From NCBI GenBank assembly GCA_030765485.1, contig JAVCCR010000012.1, forward strand, positions 43,679 through 107,678: DNA of 64,000 bases, in the 5' to 3' direction. A model generated the notes under the pieces. The model was not told where the DNA came from, ran no database searches, and saw only the letters and a program-made list of their open reading frames with translations. Every line of letters starts with the position of its first letter. Position 1 is the first letter of the stretch. Below are positions 49,741-59,557 of this stretch, in pieces. This DNA comes from Candidatus Gygaella obscura. GTDB taxonomy: Bacteria; Omnitrophota; Gorgyraeia; Gygaellales; Gygaellaceae. Both the position numbers and the translations under genes were made by a program.

Positions 49741-51209
49741 TTTGCTTTTGGGATTGTGAAACTAAAAGTAGCCCCTTGGTTTTCAATAGAGTTAAACCAT
49801 ATTCTTCCTTTGTGTGCTTCAACGATTTGTTTTACAAGGCAAAGGCCAAGTCCTGTACCTTTGATGTTTTTATCGATAGCATTATTGGCACGCTGGAATT
49901 CTTGGAAAATAAGAGGCAGATGATCTTTAGGTATTCCAATACCTGTATCAGATACGTTTGCCTCTATGAATTCACCAGTGTCTTTTATGCTTATTGTTAC
50001 TTTTCCTTTTTCCGGGGTGAATTTAATCGCATTAGATATTAGATTAATAAAAACTCTTTCAATCTGCATGGAGTCAGCTGTAATTTTTATAGGTAGCTGC
50101 GGGATTTGAATATTTAATTTTAAATTATGCTCCTTAATCTGGATAGCAAACATTTCAGCGATTTTATCGAGCATCGGTTTAAGTTCTTGGGTTTGGATGT
50201 TCATTTTGATGCGTCCTGCTTCGATTCTAGAAATATCCATCAGGTTTTCAATCAGCTGAGTTAGTTTGTCTGAGTGTTCGTTTATTTTACCAAGGCGAGT
50301 TTTTATTTCATCAGGTACGTCTCCCAATGTTCCGGCTAAGATTAACGAAGCGTATCCTTTAACTGAAGTAAGAGGGGTTCGCAATTCGTGTGAAACCGCC
50401 AGAATAAAGTCAGTTTTTCTTTTATTGATTTTTTCTATATTCTCTAACGCTTTGGTAAGTTCAAGCGTGCGCTCTTTTACCTTTAGTTCTAGGTCCTGTT
50501 GTGAGCGCCAGGTCTGTTCGAAGAGTCTGGCATTTTCTATTGCCTGGGAGATCTGCGTAGAAAGAACAGCTACAAGTTCTTCTTCTCCTTCGGTTATATT
50601 TAGCGCTTTTGATTCGTTGCCTAAAAAAAGTATTCCTTCCAGACCTTGTTTTGTTAATAGGCCGCTGATTACGAAAACTTCAGAATTTAGTTTTTCCAAA
50701 ACGAATTTTTTAATTTCGGGTATATCATTATTAAGACTTGAAATAGTATTTTTGTCTGAAATCATGTTTATCAACTTCATATTTGAAAATATTGTGCCTT
50801 GAATGCTAGTTATCTCTTCAGATTTAAATCCGCCGACAATCCTACATACTGGTTCGCGGGCAGTGTTTAATACAAATAAAAGGCATTTGTCAAAACCTAA
50901 ATCATGTAGTAGCGGCATGCTTAAGCGGTTAAACATTTCATCTTCTTCTAGGGTGGTAGAAAGGGCGTGCGAAATTTTCTGCAAAGCAAAAAGTCCGGAG
51001 ACTTTTTTATCAAGTTCTTCTTGGGTTTTGTTAAGCTCAAGGTCGGTTTTAATGATAAGCTTGGCTTGCTCATCAGCTTCATGGAGGTTGCGATTTAATT
51101 GGTAATTTTGCGATTTTAATTTTCGCAAAGAGCGGTTTTTAGATACTATAACCATAATCAGCAAAAGAATTGTAATATAAAATGCAAATTGTAGGCCTAT
51201 AATGTCCAT
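49737..51209 (-). CDS. Sensor histidine kinase (TM + GAF-like + HisKA + HATPase_c)
   Basis: H-box VSHELRTPLTSVKGY. N, G1 (DTGIGIP) and G2 (GTGLGL) boxes. N-terminal TM helix. Confidence 0.85.
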   Translation of the reverse strand: MDIIGLQFAFYITILLLIMVIVSKNRSLRKLKSQNYQLNRNLHEADEQAKLIIKTDLELNKTQEELDKKVSGLFALQKISHALSTTLEEDEMFNRLSMPLLHDLGFDKCLLFVLNTAREPVCRIVGGFKSEEITSIQGTIFSNMKLINMISDKNTISSLNNDIPEIKKFVLEKLNSEVFVISGLLTKQGLEGILFLGNESKALNITEGEEELVAVLSTQISQAIENARLFEQTWRSQQDLELKVKERTLELTKALENIEKINKRKTDFILAVSHELRTPLTSVKGYASLILAGTLGDVPDEIKTRLGKINEHSDKLTQLIENLMDISRIEAGRIKMNIQTQELKPMLDKIAEMFAIQIKEHNLKLNIQIPQLPIKITADSMQIERVFINLISNAIKFTPEKGKVTISIKDTGEFIEANVSDTGIGIPKDHLPLIFQEFQRANNAIDKNIKGTGLGLCLVKQIVEAHKGRIWFNSIENQGATFSFTIPKAK

Positions 51210-51217
51210 AATTTATT

Positions 51218-52414
51218 TTAAGTTGCAAAAGTTAAAGCTAAAAAAGATTCATTGTGTATATATGATTCTCCCATATAATCCAAGGCTTTTAAAGGAGAAA
51301 TTTCAGCGAAGCTAAAGATACCCATAAAGGGGGTGTTGCCAAACTGCTGTTTTATCGACTGGAATTCGTCCTCTATGGTTCTGCCTAAAAGTTTGAGTCT
51401 GCTTAAGGAATTAAAAATCAAGGCAAAAATTATTTTTTTTGTTCTTACCTGGTCAGCTGCTGACCAGATTGCCTGGGTAGAGGCGGCAATGCACTTATCT
51501 TTTGTACCCATCATCAGTTTTATTTGGCTGCCTTGGGGAACATCTGCTTGGCAAAAAAGCGAACCGTCGGCTTTTAGGCTTAAGACATTACGCAATAAAT
51601 ATTCTTTCTCGGCTTCCAGATATATACCTAATGGATACAAAATAGCAATATGCGAAAGTACATTGTCCTGCAATTCTTTTTTTGCCTGGTCAAAATATTC
51701 TTCGTATACTTTAAAGGCAGGCTGATTGTCGATTTCATTGATGATGTTACCAGAAGAAGAAGTTGCTTCATGCATTCTGCCTAAAGGCACCCAACCATGT
51801 TTAGAGTCTTTGCCAAAATGAAGTATGCGGCTGCAGATAAGTAGTCCTACCGCTGCATCAGCATAGATGCTGTTATTATAAAAAACTAAACTATTTTTAA
51901 AACAAAAATTATCCGTTGCGAATGAACCGAAGATAGGAAAACTTCTACCGAATATTGCTTTAAGTCCGGAGAGGATATCTGTGGGGTTTGCGGTTTTTGC
52001 GTCGGAAAACATAATAAACATGCTTCTTTGTGAAGCCTTTGCTTTTTCCAGGCATTCATTAGCAAGATTTTGTCCGGCGTTGAATAAATTAGATTGGCTG
52101 AGGGGTTTTTGTATTGCGCTTATAAATTGAATTTCATCGGAAGAAATTAACATTATTGCAATACCTCTTCGTTCAATGCCAAATGGTGAAATTATTCCTG
52201 CTCCGCTTGAACCGATTAGGTTGCGGGCATTGATTACAGAGTTTATTCCTCTTATTGCCTTGGGATTAGAAAATTCAATAGAGGCAAAGACAATTGCTAA
52301 GTCAACATTGTTGCTTTTTTGGTTAAGCCTGGTCATTGCCGAAATAGTAGCTTCTCTTGCGGCTTTAAAGACATCATCGTTATTGTTGAATCCCACACCG
52401 ATATTGGTAGACAT
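51218..52414 (-). CDS. Putative FIST-domain sensory protein (first gene of the FIST-HK-RR operon)
   Basis: 398 aa soluble protein with bipartite organisation resembling FIST_N/FIST_C. No catalytic motifs recognised. Assignment is tentative. Confidence 0.4.
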   Translation of the reverse strand: MSTNIGVGFNNNDDVFKAAREATISAMTRLNQKSNNVDLAIVFASIEFSNPKAIRGINSVINARNLIGSSGAGIISPFGIERRGIAIMLISSDEIQFISAIQKPLSQSNLFNAGQNLANECLEKAKASQRSMFIMFSDAKTANPTDILSGLKAIFGRSFPIFGSFATDNFCFKNSLVFYNNSIYADAAVGLLICSRILHFGKDSKHGWVPLGRMHEATSSSGNIINEIDNQPAFKVYEEYFDQAKKELQDNVLSHIAILYPLGIYLEAEKEYLLRNVLSLKADGSLFCQADVPQGSQIKLMMGTKDKCIAASTQAIWSAADQVRTKKIIFALIFNSLSRLKLLGRTIEDEFQSIKQQFGNTPFMGIFSFAEISPLKALDYMGESYIHNESFLALTFAT

Positions 52415-52506
52415 GTTACTATTATTGTAAATGCTAAAAAAATACTGTCAACAATTAATATAAGTGTTGACTATATAGATTTTTCTCTTAAAATATATAC
52501 AATTAC

Positions 52507-52581
52507 GGCCCCATCGTCTAGCTAGGTCTAGGACGGGTGGTTCTCAGCCATCAAACACCGGTTCAAATCCGGTTGGGGCTA
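52507..52581 (+). tRNA. tRNA-Glu (CUC)
   Basis: Acceptor GGCCCCA/TGGGGCT, Glu-type D-arm CGTCTAGCTAGGTCTAGGACG, anticodon stem GGTGG/CCATC with loop TTCTCAG, T-loop GGTTCAAATCC. Confidence 0.75.
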
Positions 52582-52599
52582 CCAGATTTTACTTACTAC

Positions 52600-53943
52600 A
52601 TGTCTATAAAAAAAGAAATACTATTTGTAAATCCGGCCGTTGTAAGTAATATTCTGAAAATTCTTTATCTATATTTTAAAAGATTTGTTCCCTCTGTTTT
52701 TTTTATACTTTCTGCTTTGTCTCCAGAAGATTATAAAATTAAAATCGTCAATCAGAAGATTTTTTGGTTTAAAAAAGACTTTCTTAAATATAAGGGTTGT
52801 CTTGTTGGTATAACCTGTACCACAATAAGCGTAATAAATGCATATAGGCTTGCTGATCGTTTTAAACAAGCCGGGGCGTATGTTGTTATGGGTGGTCCGC
52901 ATGTAAGTGTTTTGCCGGATGAAGCATTAAAACATTGTCATAGTGTTGTTATCGGTGAAGCTGAAGGGATATGGAAAGAGCTTCTACAAGACTACGAGAA
53001 AAAACAGCTAAAAAATAAATACGAAGCGTCTCTTTTAGATGATTTCTTTTCTCCGGTATATGAATATTTTCTAAAGCTTAAACCGAAGATACTGCGGATT
53101 ATAGGTATTTTTACGCACAGAGGCTGTAAGTATAACTGTGAATTCTGCGTTACCCCAAAAAAGAAATTAAGGTTTATTAAGATTGAGCAGATAGTTGGTT
53201 TAATTGAACGTATGAAGCAAGAAAGATTTTTTTCGTTTATTCAAAGGCCCAGCATTGCCCTTATGGGGGATAATATATATTCTAATCCTGATTTTGCCAA
53301 GAGGCTTTTTAAGTCGATAATCCCCTTGGGTATTAGTTGGGTCGCTAACGCTTCAATAGACATTGCCTTTGATGAAGAGGCTTTATCTCTTGCCAGGCAA
53401 AGCGGGTGCAGGTTGCTTTTTATTGGCTTTGAAACGATATTTCCTAGTCAATTAAGTAAGCTTTCTCTTCCGACCATAAAAAGCCATAGCGACTACATAA
53501 AGGCAGTAAAAAATATCAAGGCACATAAAATAAGAGTTACAGGAGCTTTTATAGTCGGTTTTGATAGCTATAAGCATAAGGATTATTTTAGGTTGATTTT
53601 TTTGATGGCTCGCATGCGGTTGTTTTTTGTTTCGCTTACCACATTAACTCCTTTTCCCGGATCTGCATTGTTTAAAAGATTAAAGAAAGAAAACAGGATT
53701 TTAACGTATGATTGGAAAAAATACAGTGTTTTTAGCAAGCCGGTATTTAAACCAAACAATATGTCGGTAATATCGGTTAAGATATGGTTTATATTTATTA
53801 GGATTGTCTCCCTACTTTTAAGTACGTTGACTTCGATATTGATACTTATGCTTATTTGGAATATTGTTATTTCTGTTTTAGACAGTAAGCTCAATCATCA
53901 GATTGCTACAGAAAGACTTGGTTCGGTATTTATTGTTAAATAA
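52600..53943 (+). CDS. Cobalamin (B12)-binding radical SAM protein (class B) with C-terminal hydrophobic membrane anchor. The ORF-track start at 52537 overlaps the tRNA; MSIKKEILFVNP at 52600 is preferred.
   Basis: B12-binding Rossmann region (FVNPAV...GGPHVSVLPDEAL), radical SAM CKYNCEFC. C-terminal WFIFIRIVSLLLSTLTSILILMLIWNIVISVL. Confidence 0.72.
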   Translation: MSIKKEILFVNPAVVSNILKILYLYFKRFVPSVFFILSALSPEDYKIKIVNQKIFWFKKDFLKYKGCLVGITCTTISVINAYRLADRFKQAGAYVVMGGPHVSVLPDEALKHCHSVVIGEAEGIWKELLQDYEKKQLKNKYEASLLDDFFSPVYEYFLKLKPKILRIIGIFTHRGCKYNCEFCVTPKKKLRFIKIEQIVGLIERMKQERFFSFIQRPSIALMGDNIYSNPDFAKRLFKSIIPLGISWVANASIDIAFDEEALSLARQSGCRLLFIGFETIFPSQLSKLSLPTIKSHSDYIKAVKNIKAHKIRVTGAFIVGFDSYKHKDYFRLIFLMARMRLFFVSLTTLTPFPGSALFKRLKKENRILTYDWKKYSVFSKPVFKPNNMSVISVKIWFIFIRIVSLLLSTLTSILILMLIWNIVISVLDSKLNHQIATERLGSVFIVK

Positions 53944-53945
53944 TA

Positions 53946-53976
53946 AAGCAAGAAAATCTTTTTTTCCTTGCTTTTT
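53946..53976 (+). terminator. Rho-independent terminator-like hairpin after the B12-radical SAM gene
   Basis: AAGCAAG-(14-nt loop)-CTTGCTT followed by TTTT. Confidence 0.4.
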
Positions 53977-54034
53977 ATATATATATATGTAAAAATAACA
54001 AAAGAATTAAAATAATGTAAATCAAGGAGGTTTT

Positions 54035-54919
54035 ATGAAGTTGAAACTTTTTTGTTTCCTCAGTATTGTTATAATCTTTTCAGGTTGTGACGTAATTGAT
54101 CAACAGATATCAAAAGTATACAATAAGCCCACTGGAACAATCATTGCAGAAATCGACAAAGAGTACGTTACCTTAGAAGAATTAAACGCAGAAATCGACA
54201 TTTATAATTCAAGTCCAGTTGTAGCTGAAAATGCTGATTTAAGAATTGAATCCAAAGAGAAAAAAATAAGCTATCTCGAAGAAGTTGTTAACCGAAAGCT
54301 TCTTTATCGGGAGGCAATCGACAGAGGTCTTGATCTAGATGCTGATTATAGGAATGCGGTAGATAATTTTAAGACCACACTTTTAGTTACCCGTCTTATT
54401 TCCGATGAAACAAAAGATATAGAAGTTGATTCAGCTGAAATAGAAGCAACCTATAACCAGGTAAAGGATATGCTTAAGGAGCCTGATCAGCGCTGGGTAA
54501 GAGAGATATCAGTTTCTACAAGAAGCAAGGCCAATGAGATACTTTCACAGCTTCTTACCGGATCAAGCTTTGCCAGTATGGCCATACAGTATTCTACTTT
54601 AGACAGCGCTTCCAAAGGCGGAGATTTAGGTTATGTAACGGTTGGATCAAAAGGAAGCGATTTTCCTGAATTCGACAATGTTGTTTTTGCCTCCACTTTA
54701 GAAGTCGGTGCGTTATCAAGCGTATTTAAGGGTCCTGGAGGGTATTATATTGTAAAGCTCGAGGATGAAAAAGATGGCAAGACCCCTGTTTTGACCGAGG
54801 TTTGGGATAGAATAAAATTAGCCTTGCAGCAGGAAAAGCAGCAGCAGGCATTGGATAAATTGCTCTCAGATGTTAAAGCGTCCACAGAAGTTAAGACCTA
54901 TAAACATTTGATAAAATAA
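54035..54919 (+). CDS. Parvulin-type peptidyl-prolyl isomerase lipoprotein (SurA/PrsA-like), translationally coupled to cpaB
   Basis: Lipobox IFSGC. PpiC domain (DLGYVTVGSKGSDFPEFDNVVFA...GPGGYYIVKLED). Stop overlaps cpaB start (TAATGG). Confidence 0.7.
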   Translation: MKLKLFCFLSIVIIFSGCDVIDQQISKVYNKPTGTIIAEIDKEYVTLEELNAEIDIYNSSPVVAENADLRIESKEKKISYLEEVVNRKLLYREAIDRGLDLDADYRNAVDNFKTTLLVTRLISDETKDIEVDSAEIEATYNQVKDMLKEPDQRWVREISVSTRSKANEILSQLLTGSSFASMAIQYSTLDSASKGGDLGYVTVGSKGSDFPEFDNVVFASTLEVGALSSVFKGPGGYYIVKLEDEKDGKTPVLTEVWDRIKLALQQEKQQQALDKLLSDVKASTEVKTYKHLIK

Positions 54920-55800
54920 TGGATATTAAGAAGAAATTGCCACTGATTATCGGGATAGTAAGTGGTTTTTTAGCGGTTATGCTTGCAGCAAATTATATTC
55001 AGAATAAAGAAAAAGAATACCGCAGTAAATATACTCCGCGTGAATTTGCAACAGCTGTTTATGCCGTAAGGGATATAAGACAGGGTCAGACAATCAGCGA
55101 AAAATCCCTGGCGTTAAAAAAAATAAATGCCGATTATCTGCAGCCAAGGGCAGCGCGTAGTATTGATCGGGTTGTAGGGAAAAAGGCAGCGGTGGATATT
55201 TATAAGGATGAGCAAATCAGTCTTTCAAAATTAGCTTCTACATTGAAAAAAGGCCCGGTCGGCCTTGCTGTTATTACTCCTAAAGGAAAAAGGGCAGTTA
55301 CCATACCTATCGATAGTGCTTCTTCGGTCGGCGGCATGATTAAGCCCGGAGACAGGGTTGATATTATGGCGAATATTCCTATTTCTACATCTACAGAAGC
55401 AGGCGTGGTGACTCAACAAGTTTTTAGTTCGGTTTTCCAGAATGTTTTGGTTTTAGCAGTTGGTAATCAGATTAGCGGTTATTCTTCCAATACCCAGCAA
55501 CAAAAGAGTTTTTCTGATATAACTTTGGCTTTGACTGCGCAGGAGGCAGCTTTCTTGAGTTTTGTTCAGGAACAGACGAAGATAAAATTATTGCTTCGTT
55601 CTCCCGAGGATAAACAGATTGAGGCAGTTGCCCCGGCAAGTTGGGCAACTTTACAGAGGTATCTTTATGGTTATCAGACTCCGCCTGCACCTCCTCCGAC
55701 AGTGGAGATCTACCGGGGTGTAAATAAAAAAGAATTGATGCGTATAGAAGTTCCATCTATGGAAGCTAATTCGGCGCAAGCAAAGGAGACAGGTAAGTGA
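54919..55800 (+). CDS. cpaB: Flp pilus assembly protein CpaB/RcpC
   Basis: N-terminal TM, SAF-like domain then RcpC domain. Position immediately before the secretin. Confidence 0.78.
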   Translation: MDIKKKLPLIIGIVSGFLAVMLAANYIQNKEKEYRSKYTPREFATAVYAVRDIRQGQTISEKSLALKKINADYLQPRAARSIDRVVGKKAAVDIYKDEQISLSKLASTLKKGPVGLAVITPKGKRAVTIPIDSASSVGGMIKPGDRVDIMANIPISTSTEAGVVTQQVFSSVFQNVLVLAVGNQISGYSSNTQQQKSFSDITLALTAQEAAFLSFVQEQTKIKLLLRSPEDKQIEAVAPASWATLQRYLYGYQTPPAPPPTVEIYRGVNKKELMRIEVPSMEANSAQAKETGK

Positions 55801-57377
55801 AAAAGGCAATAGCTTTTTGTGCAATGTGTTTTATCGTAGTTAATACAGCGTTTTCTTTTATGCCTGATTCAGTTGATAAGATTGAGCTTCTTTTAGGAGA
55901 ACTGCACACCATAAAGGTAGATAATCCTATCAGGGTTGCAATAGACAATCCAGATATAGCTGATATAGATAGAGTTGTCGGTAATGAGGTTTTTGTTTTA
56001 GGTAAATCTGCAGGACAAACCACTTTAAGGGTTTGGGATAGCTTAGGCGATGGAAGAGAAATCAATATCAAAGTTTTTACTGAAAACCTTCAGCCCTTGC
56101 GTAATAGAATAGAGAAGACCTTGGTAGATGTAGGGATAAATAATCTTTCACTGGATATAAATAAAAACGAACAGAAGATATTTATTTATGGTGTGATTAA
56201 TCCTTCTGATAAAGATATATTAGATAAAGCAATAGAACCTTTTATAGATTCAGTTGTTAATCTAACCACTGAATATCAGGAAAAAGGCCTGGTACAGATT
56301 GATGTGCAGATTCTAGAGCTTACCAAAGATGCACAAAAACAACTCGGTTTTAACTGGGTGGATGCCCTGCAGTTTATAGAACAGCCTTATCAGTCTGACG
56401 GTGGTTCAACCGGCACAACCTTAAACTATATAAACAAAGCCACAAGCACAACGCTTTTTAATGTTAATCAGTGGTCCAGGGATGCTTTGACCACATCGCT
56501 TAGCCTATTAGAGAGTGAAGGAAAACTTAAAGTGTTATCCCGTCCGAAACTGGTATGTTTAAGCGGTAAAGAGGCAAAGTTTTTAGTTGGTGGGGAGATT
56601 CCTGTGGTTACCCAGTCAACAAGCGATACAGGCACAGATACAAGTGTTGAATATAAAGAAATAGGCGTATCTTTAAGAATACAGCCTACAATAACAGAAG
56701 ATAATAGAATTGATACTCTTATCAAGGTGGAGGTAACGGATGTTGTTTTAAATACCGCTTTGGGTGCAGCGCAGTATAACTCTACATTGATAATTCCGGC
56801 ATTTGATAAAAGAAATGCAGAAACCCACCTTTATTTAGAAGATGAGCAGACGGTTTTTATTGCTGGTTTAATCAAGGATAAAACCGATGAAGATATAGAG
56901 CGTGTGCCTTGGTTGGGTAATATTCCTATTCTGGGTGCATTCTTTCGTTCTAAGACAACGGTAAATAATGATACAGAATTGGTTATTTCGCTTAGTCCAA
57001 AGATAGTTTCTAAGAAATCAAAGGCAAGACAGTCTTTATTGTCCCGAGTCCAAACGGTTGACTTAACAGCATATGATGATGTTCCTGTGGATTTAAAAGG
57101 CTACAGCTACTCGTTAAAAAGAAGGATTTATAGAGCAGCTACCTATCCTGATTTAGCCAATCAGGCCGGATATCAAGGGATGGTTAAGTTGAGTTTACAT
57201 ATATTGGCATCAGGAGAGATCAAAGATATTATTGTCGCTGAATCGAGCGGCTATAGGATATTAGATAATGCTGCTGTTGATGCGGTAAAGTCTTTAGATT
57301 GGGTCTCACCTTTTCCTACCAATGTGAGTATAGGTGATATCTGGTTAGATGTGCCAATCGTTTATAAAATAGACTAA
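55797..57377 (+). CDS. cpaC: Tad/Flp secretin CpaC/RcpA with a fused C-terminal TonB_C domain
   Basis: Secretin core (GGEIPVVTQSTSDTGTDTSVEYKEIGVSL, VPWLGNIPILGAFFRSKT). C-terminal ~90 aa YRAATYPDLANQAGYQGMVKLSLHILASGEIKDIIVAESSGYRILDNAAVDAVKSLDW fits the TonB C-terminal domain consensus. Confidence 0.85.
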   Translation: MKKAIAFCAMCFIVVNTAFSFMPDSVDKIELLLGELHTIKVDNPIRVAIDNPDIADIDRVVGNEVFVLGKSAGQTTLRVWDSLGDGREINIKVFTENLQPLRNRIEKTLVDVGINNLSLDINKNEQKIFIYGVINPSDKDILDKAIEPFIDSVVNLTTEYQEKGLVQIDVQILELTKDAQKQLGFNWVDALQFIEQPYQSDGGSTGTTLNYINKATSTTLFNVNQWSRDALTTSLSLLESEGKLKVLSRPKLVCLSGKEAKFLVGGEIPVVTQSTSDTGTDTSVEYKEIGVSLRIQPTITEDNRIDTLIKVEVTDVVLNTALGAAQYNSTLIIPAFDKRNAETHLYLEDEQTVFIAGLIKDKTDEDIERVPWLGNIPILGAFFRSKTTVNNDTELVISLSPKIVSKKSKARQSLLSRVQTVDLTAYDDVPVDLKGYSYSLKRRIYRAATYPDLANQAGYQGMVKLSLHILASGEIKDIIVAESSGYRILDNAAVDAVKSLDWVSPFPTNVSIGDIWLDVPIVYKID

Positions 57378-57397
57378 TTATTTAAAAATTAATCTCT

Positions 57398-59557
57398 ATG
57401 GATCGATGTAAGGTTATCAGTTTATTCAGTACAAAAGGCGGCGTCGGAAAAACCTTTTTGGCTGTCAATATCGCAGTGAGCCTGGTAAAGGATTTTGATG
57501 CCAGGGTTGCCCTTTTGGATTTAGATTTGCATGTTCCCGGAGACATGGCTAGGATGCTGGATATTGTGCCAGAGCGCCCTTTGGCCGAATACATGAGCCT
57601 TTATAAAAAAAGGCCTGATGACCAAAAACCAGACATAAAAGATTTTGTAATCACTCATGGAAGCGGTGTAGATTTTGTATCCGGGTTATTAAAACCGCGT
57701 CAGGCTTCGCATTTTTTCCCCGAACTTATCAAGGTGGCAGTAGATGAGCTTTCCAAAAAATATGACTATATAATTATCGATGCCGGCAAGATTTTCTCCG
57801 ATACGCTTCTGGCCACTTTAAATACCTCAAATCTTATCATGATGGTGATTACACCGGATATTATCTCGGTCTATCAGACTAAGTGGGCCTTGGATATGCT
57901 GCAGTCATTACACCTTCCTCTAAAGATGATTAAATGTGTTTTAAACAGGTCTCAGAGTCTAGGTAGTGTTGCTTGGGAGGAGATAAAATCCATCCTGCCA
58001 GTAGATATTATCTCCTATATGCCTTCAGAAGGCAAAGCTGTAGGTTTATCGGTAAATAAGAGAATACCGGTTATTTTAGATTCGCCGCGTTCAAAGATAG
58101 CTCAGTCAATAAAAGAGCTGTGCGAGAAATTCGCCTATGGAGAAGATATTTTTATATCCAGGCAGGAGATAGAGGATATTAATTTAACTGCATACGAGCA
58201 GATTACTAAACACGAAGATTTCTGGCGTCAGCAGAATTTAGCAGAGCCAATTAAGGAAACAAAAGAATTAGACGAGATTACAGAGTTAAAAAAGCGCGTA
58301 CACCACAGGCTTATTTCAGAGCTGGATCTTAAACATCTTAATCTTACGCTTATGGATGCTAATCAGGCCAGACTTTTGCGTGAGAAAACCGAACGTTCCG
58401 TTGCCAATGCCTTGACTGATGAGACAGGTGGTTTGGTGAGTTCTGATAGTGTAAGAAAGCGCCTGATAAAGGAGATTACCGATGAAGCTTTAGGTCTTGG
58501 TCCTTTGGAGGATTTAATATCCGATCTTACGATTTCAGATATCTTAGTTAATGGTAAGGATCAGATATATGTTGAACGCCATGGTAAATTAGAGCTTACT
58601 AGTAAGCGTTTTATTTCAAATGATCAGGTTAGGCAGGTTATAGAGCGAATCATTGCTCCTTTAGGTCGCAGGATTGATGAATCTGTACCAATGGTTGATG
58701 CAAGGCTTGTTGATGGCTCGCGTGTAAATGCTATCATTCCTCCACTTTCTCTTTCAGGGCCTGTGCTATCAATTAGAAAGTTCGGCGCAGAAAAGTTTGG
58801 CATAGATGATTTAATAAAGATTAAAAGTTTAAATGAGAACATGCGTGATTTTATTAATGCTTGTGTTTTAACAAGACGTAATATTATTGTTTCTGGTGGC
58901 ACAGGTTCAGGTAAAACCACGGTTTTAAATATTCTTTCCGCGTTTATCCCTATAACTGAGCGTATTCTTACTATTGAAGACGCAGCAGAGCTTAAATTAA
59001 AGCAGGAACACTGGGTGCGTCTTGAGTCTAGGCCTTCCAATATTGAAGGCAAAGGTTCAGTTTCTATAAGAGAATTGTTTAGGAATAGTCTGCGTATGAG
59101 GCCGGATAGGATTATTATTGGTGAATGCCGCGGTGCAGAGACACTGGATATGCTTCAGGCTATGAATACCGGACACGATGGTTCTTTAACCACAATTCAC
59201 GCTAATTCTCCAAGAGATGTTTTAACCAGGCTTGATTCCATGATTCTTATGAGTGGCGTTGAGCTTCCCATAAGGGCTATCAGGGAAATGATTGCCTCTG
59301 CTATCAATGTTATAATTCATACGGCAAGATTGTCTGATGGTTCCAGAAAGGTTATCCGTATATCTGAAATCACAGGAATGGAAGACGAGATACATATAGA
59401 CATAAAGGACATCTTTATTTTTAGACAAACCGGAATTGGTGAAGATGGTCAAATTCAAGGATACTTTGAACCCACCGGCAATGTCCCATCGTTTATGGAC
59501 ATTATAGATGTTAGCGGTTTCCCCATAAATAGAGAAATCTTCAAAAAGAATAAATGA
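57398..59557 (+). CDS. cpaF: Fused CpaE/TadZ (ParA/MinD-like) and CpaF/TadA (VirB11-family secretion ATPase) protein, 719 aa
   Basis: N-terminal deviant Walker A FSTKGGVGKT (CpaE-like). C-terminal Walker A GGTGSGKTT, Asp box, Walker B (RPDRIIIGECRG), His box (TIHANS) of TadA ATPases. Confidence 0.9.
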   Translation: MDRCKVISLFSTKGGVGKTFLAVNIAVSLVKDFDARVALLDLDLHVPGDMARMLDIVPERPLAEYMSLYKKRPDDQKPDIKDFVITHGSGVDFVSGLLKPRQASHFFPELIKVAVDELSKKYDYIIIDAGKIFSDTLLATLNTSNLIMMVITPDIISVYQTKWALDMLQSLHLPLKMIKCVLNRSQSLGSVAWEEIKSILPVDIISYMPSEGKAVGLSVNKRIPVILDSPRSKIAQSIKELCEKFAYGEDIFISRQEIEDINLTAYEQITKHEDFWRQQNLAEPIKETKELDEITELKKRVHHRLISELDLKHLNLTLMDANQARLLREKTERSVANALTDETGGLVSSDSVRKRLIKEITDEALGLGPLEDLISDLTISDILVNGKDQIYVERHGKLELTSKRFISNDQVRQVIERIIAPLGRRIDESVPMVDARLVDGSRVNAIIPPLSLSGPVLSIRKFGAEKFGIDDLIKIKSLNENMRDFINACVLTRRNIIVSGGTGSGKTTVLNILSAFIPITERILTIEDAAELKLKQEHWVRLESRPSNIEGKGSVSIRELFRNSLRMRPDRIIIGECRGAETLDMLQAMNTGHDGSLTTIHANSPRDVLTRLDSMILMSGVELPIRAIREMIASAINVIIHTARLSDGSRKVIRISEITGMEDEIHIDIKDIFIFRQTGIGEDGQIQGYFEPTGNVPSFMDIIDVSGFPINREIFKKNK

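Noticed and set aside
52537-52599. 5' extension of the B12-radical SAM ORF
   Set aside because: It overlaps the tRNA-Glu(CUC) gene. The internal Met at 52600 is preceded by a plausible spacing from the tRNA.
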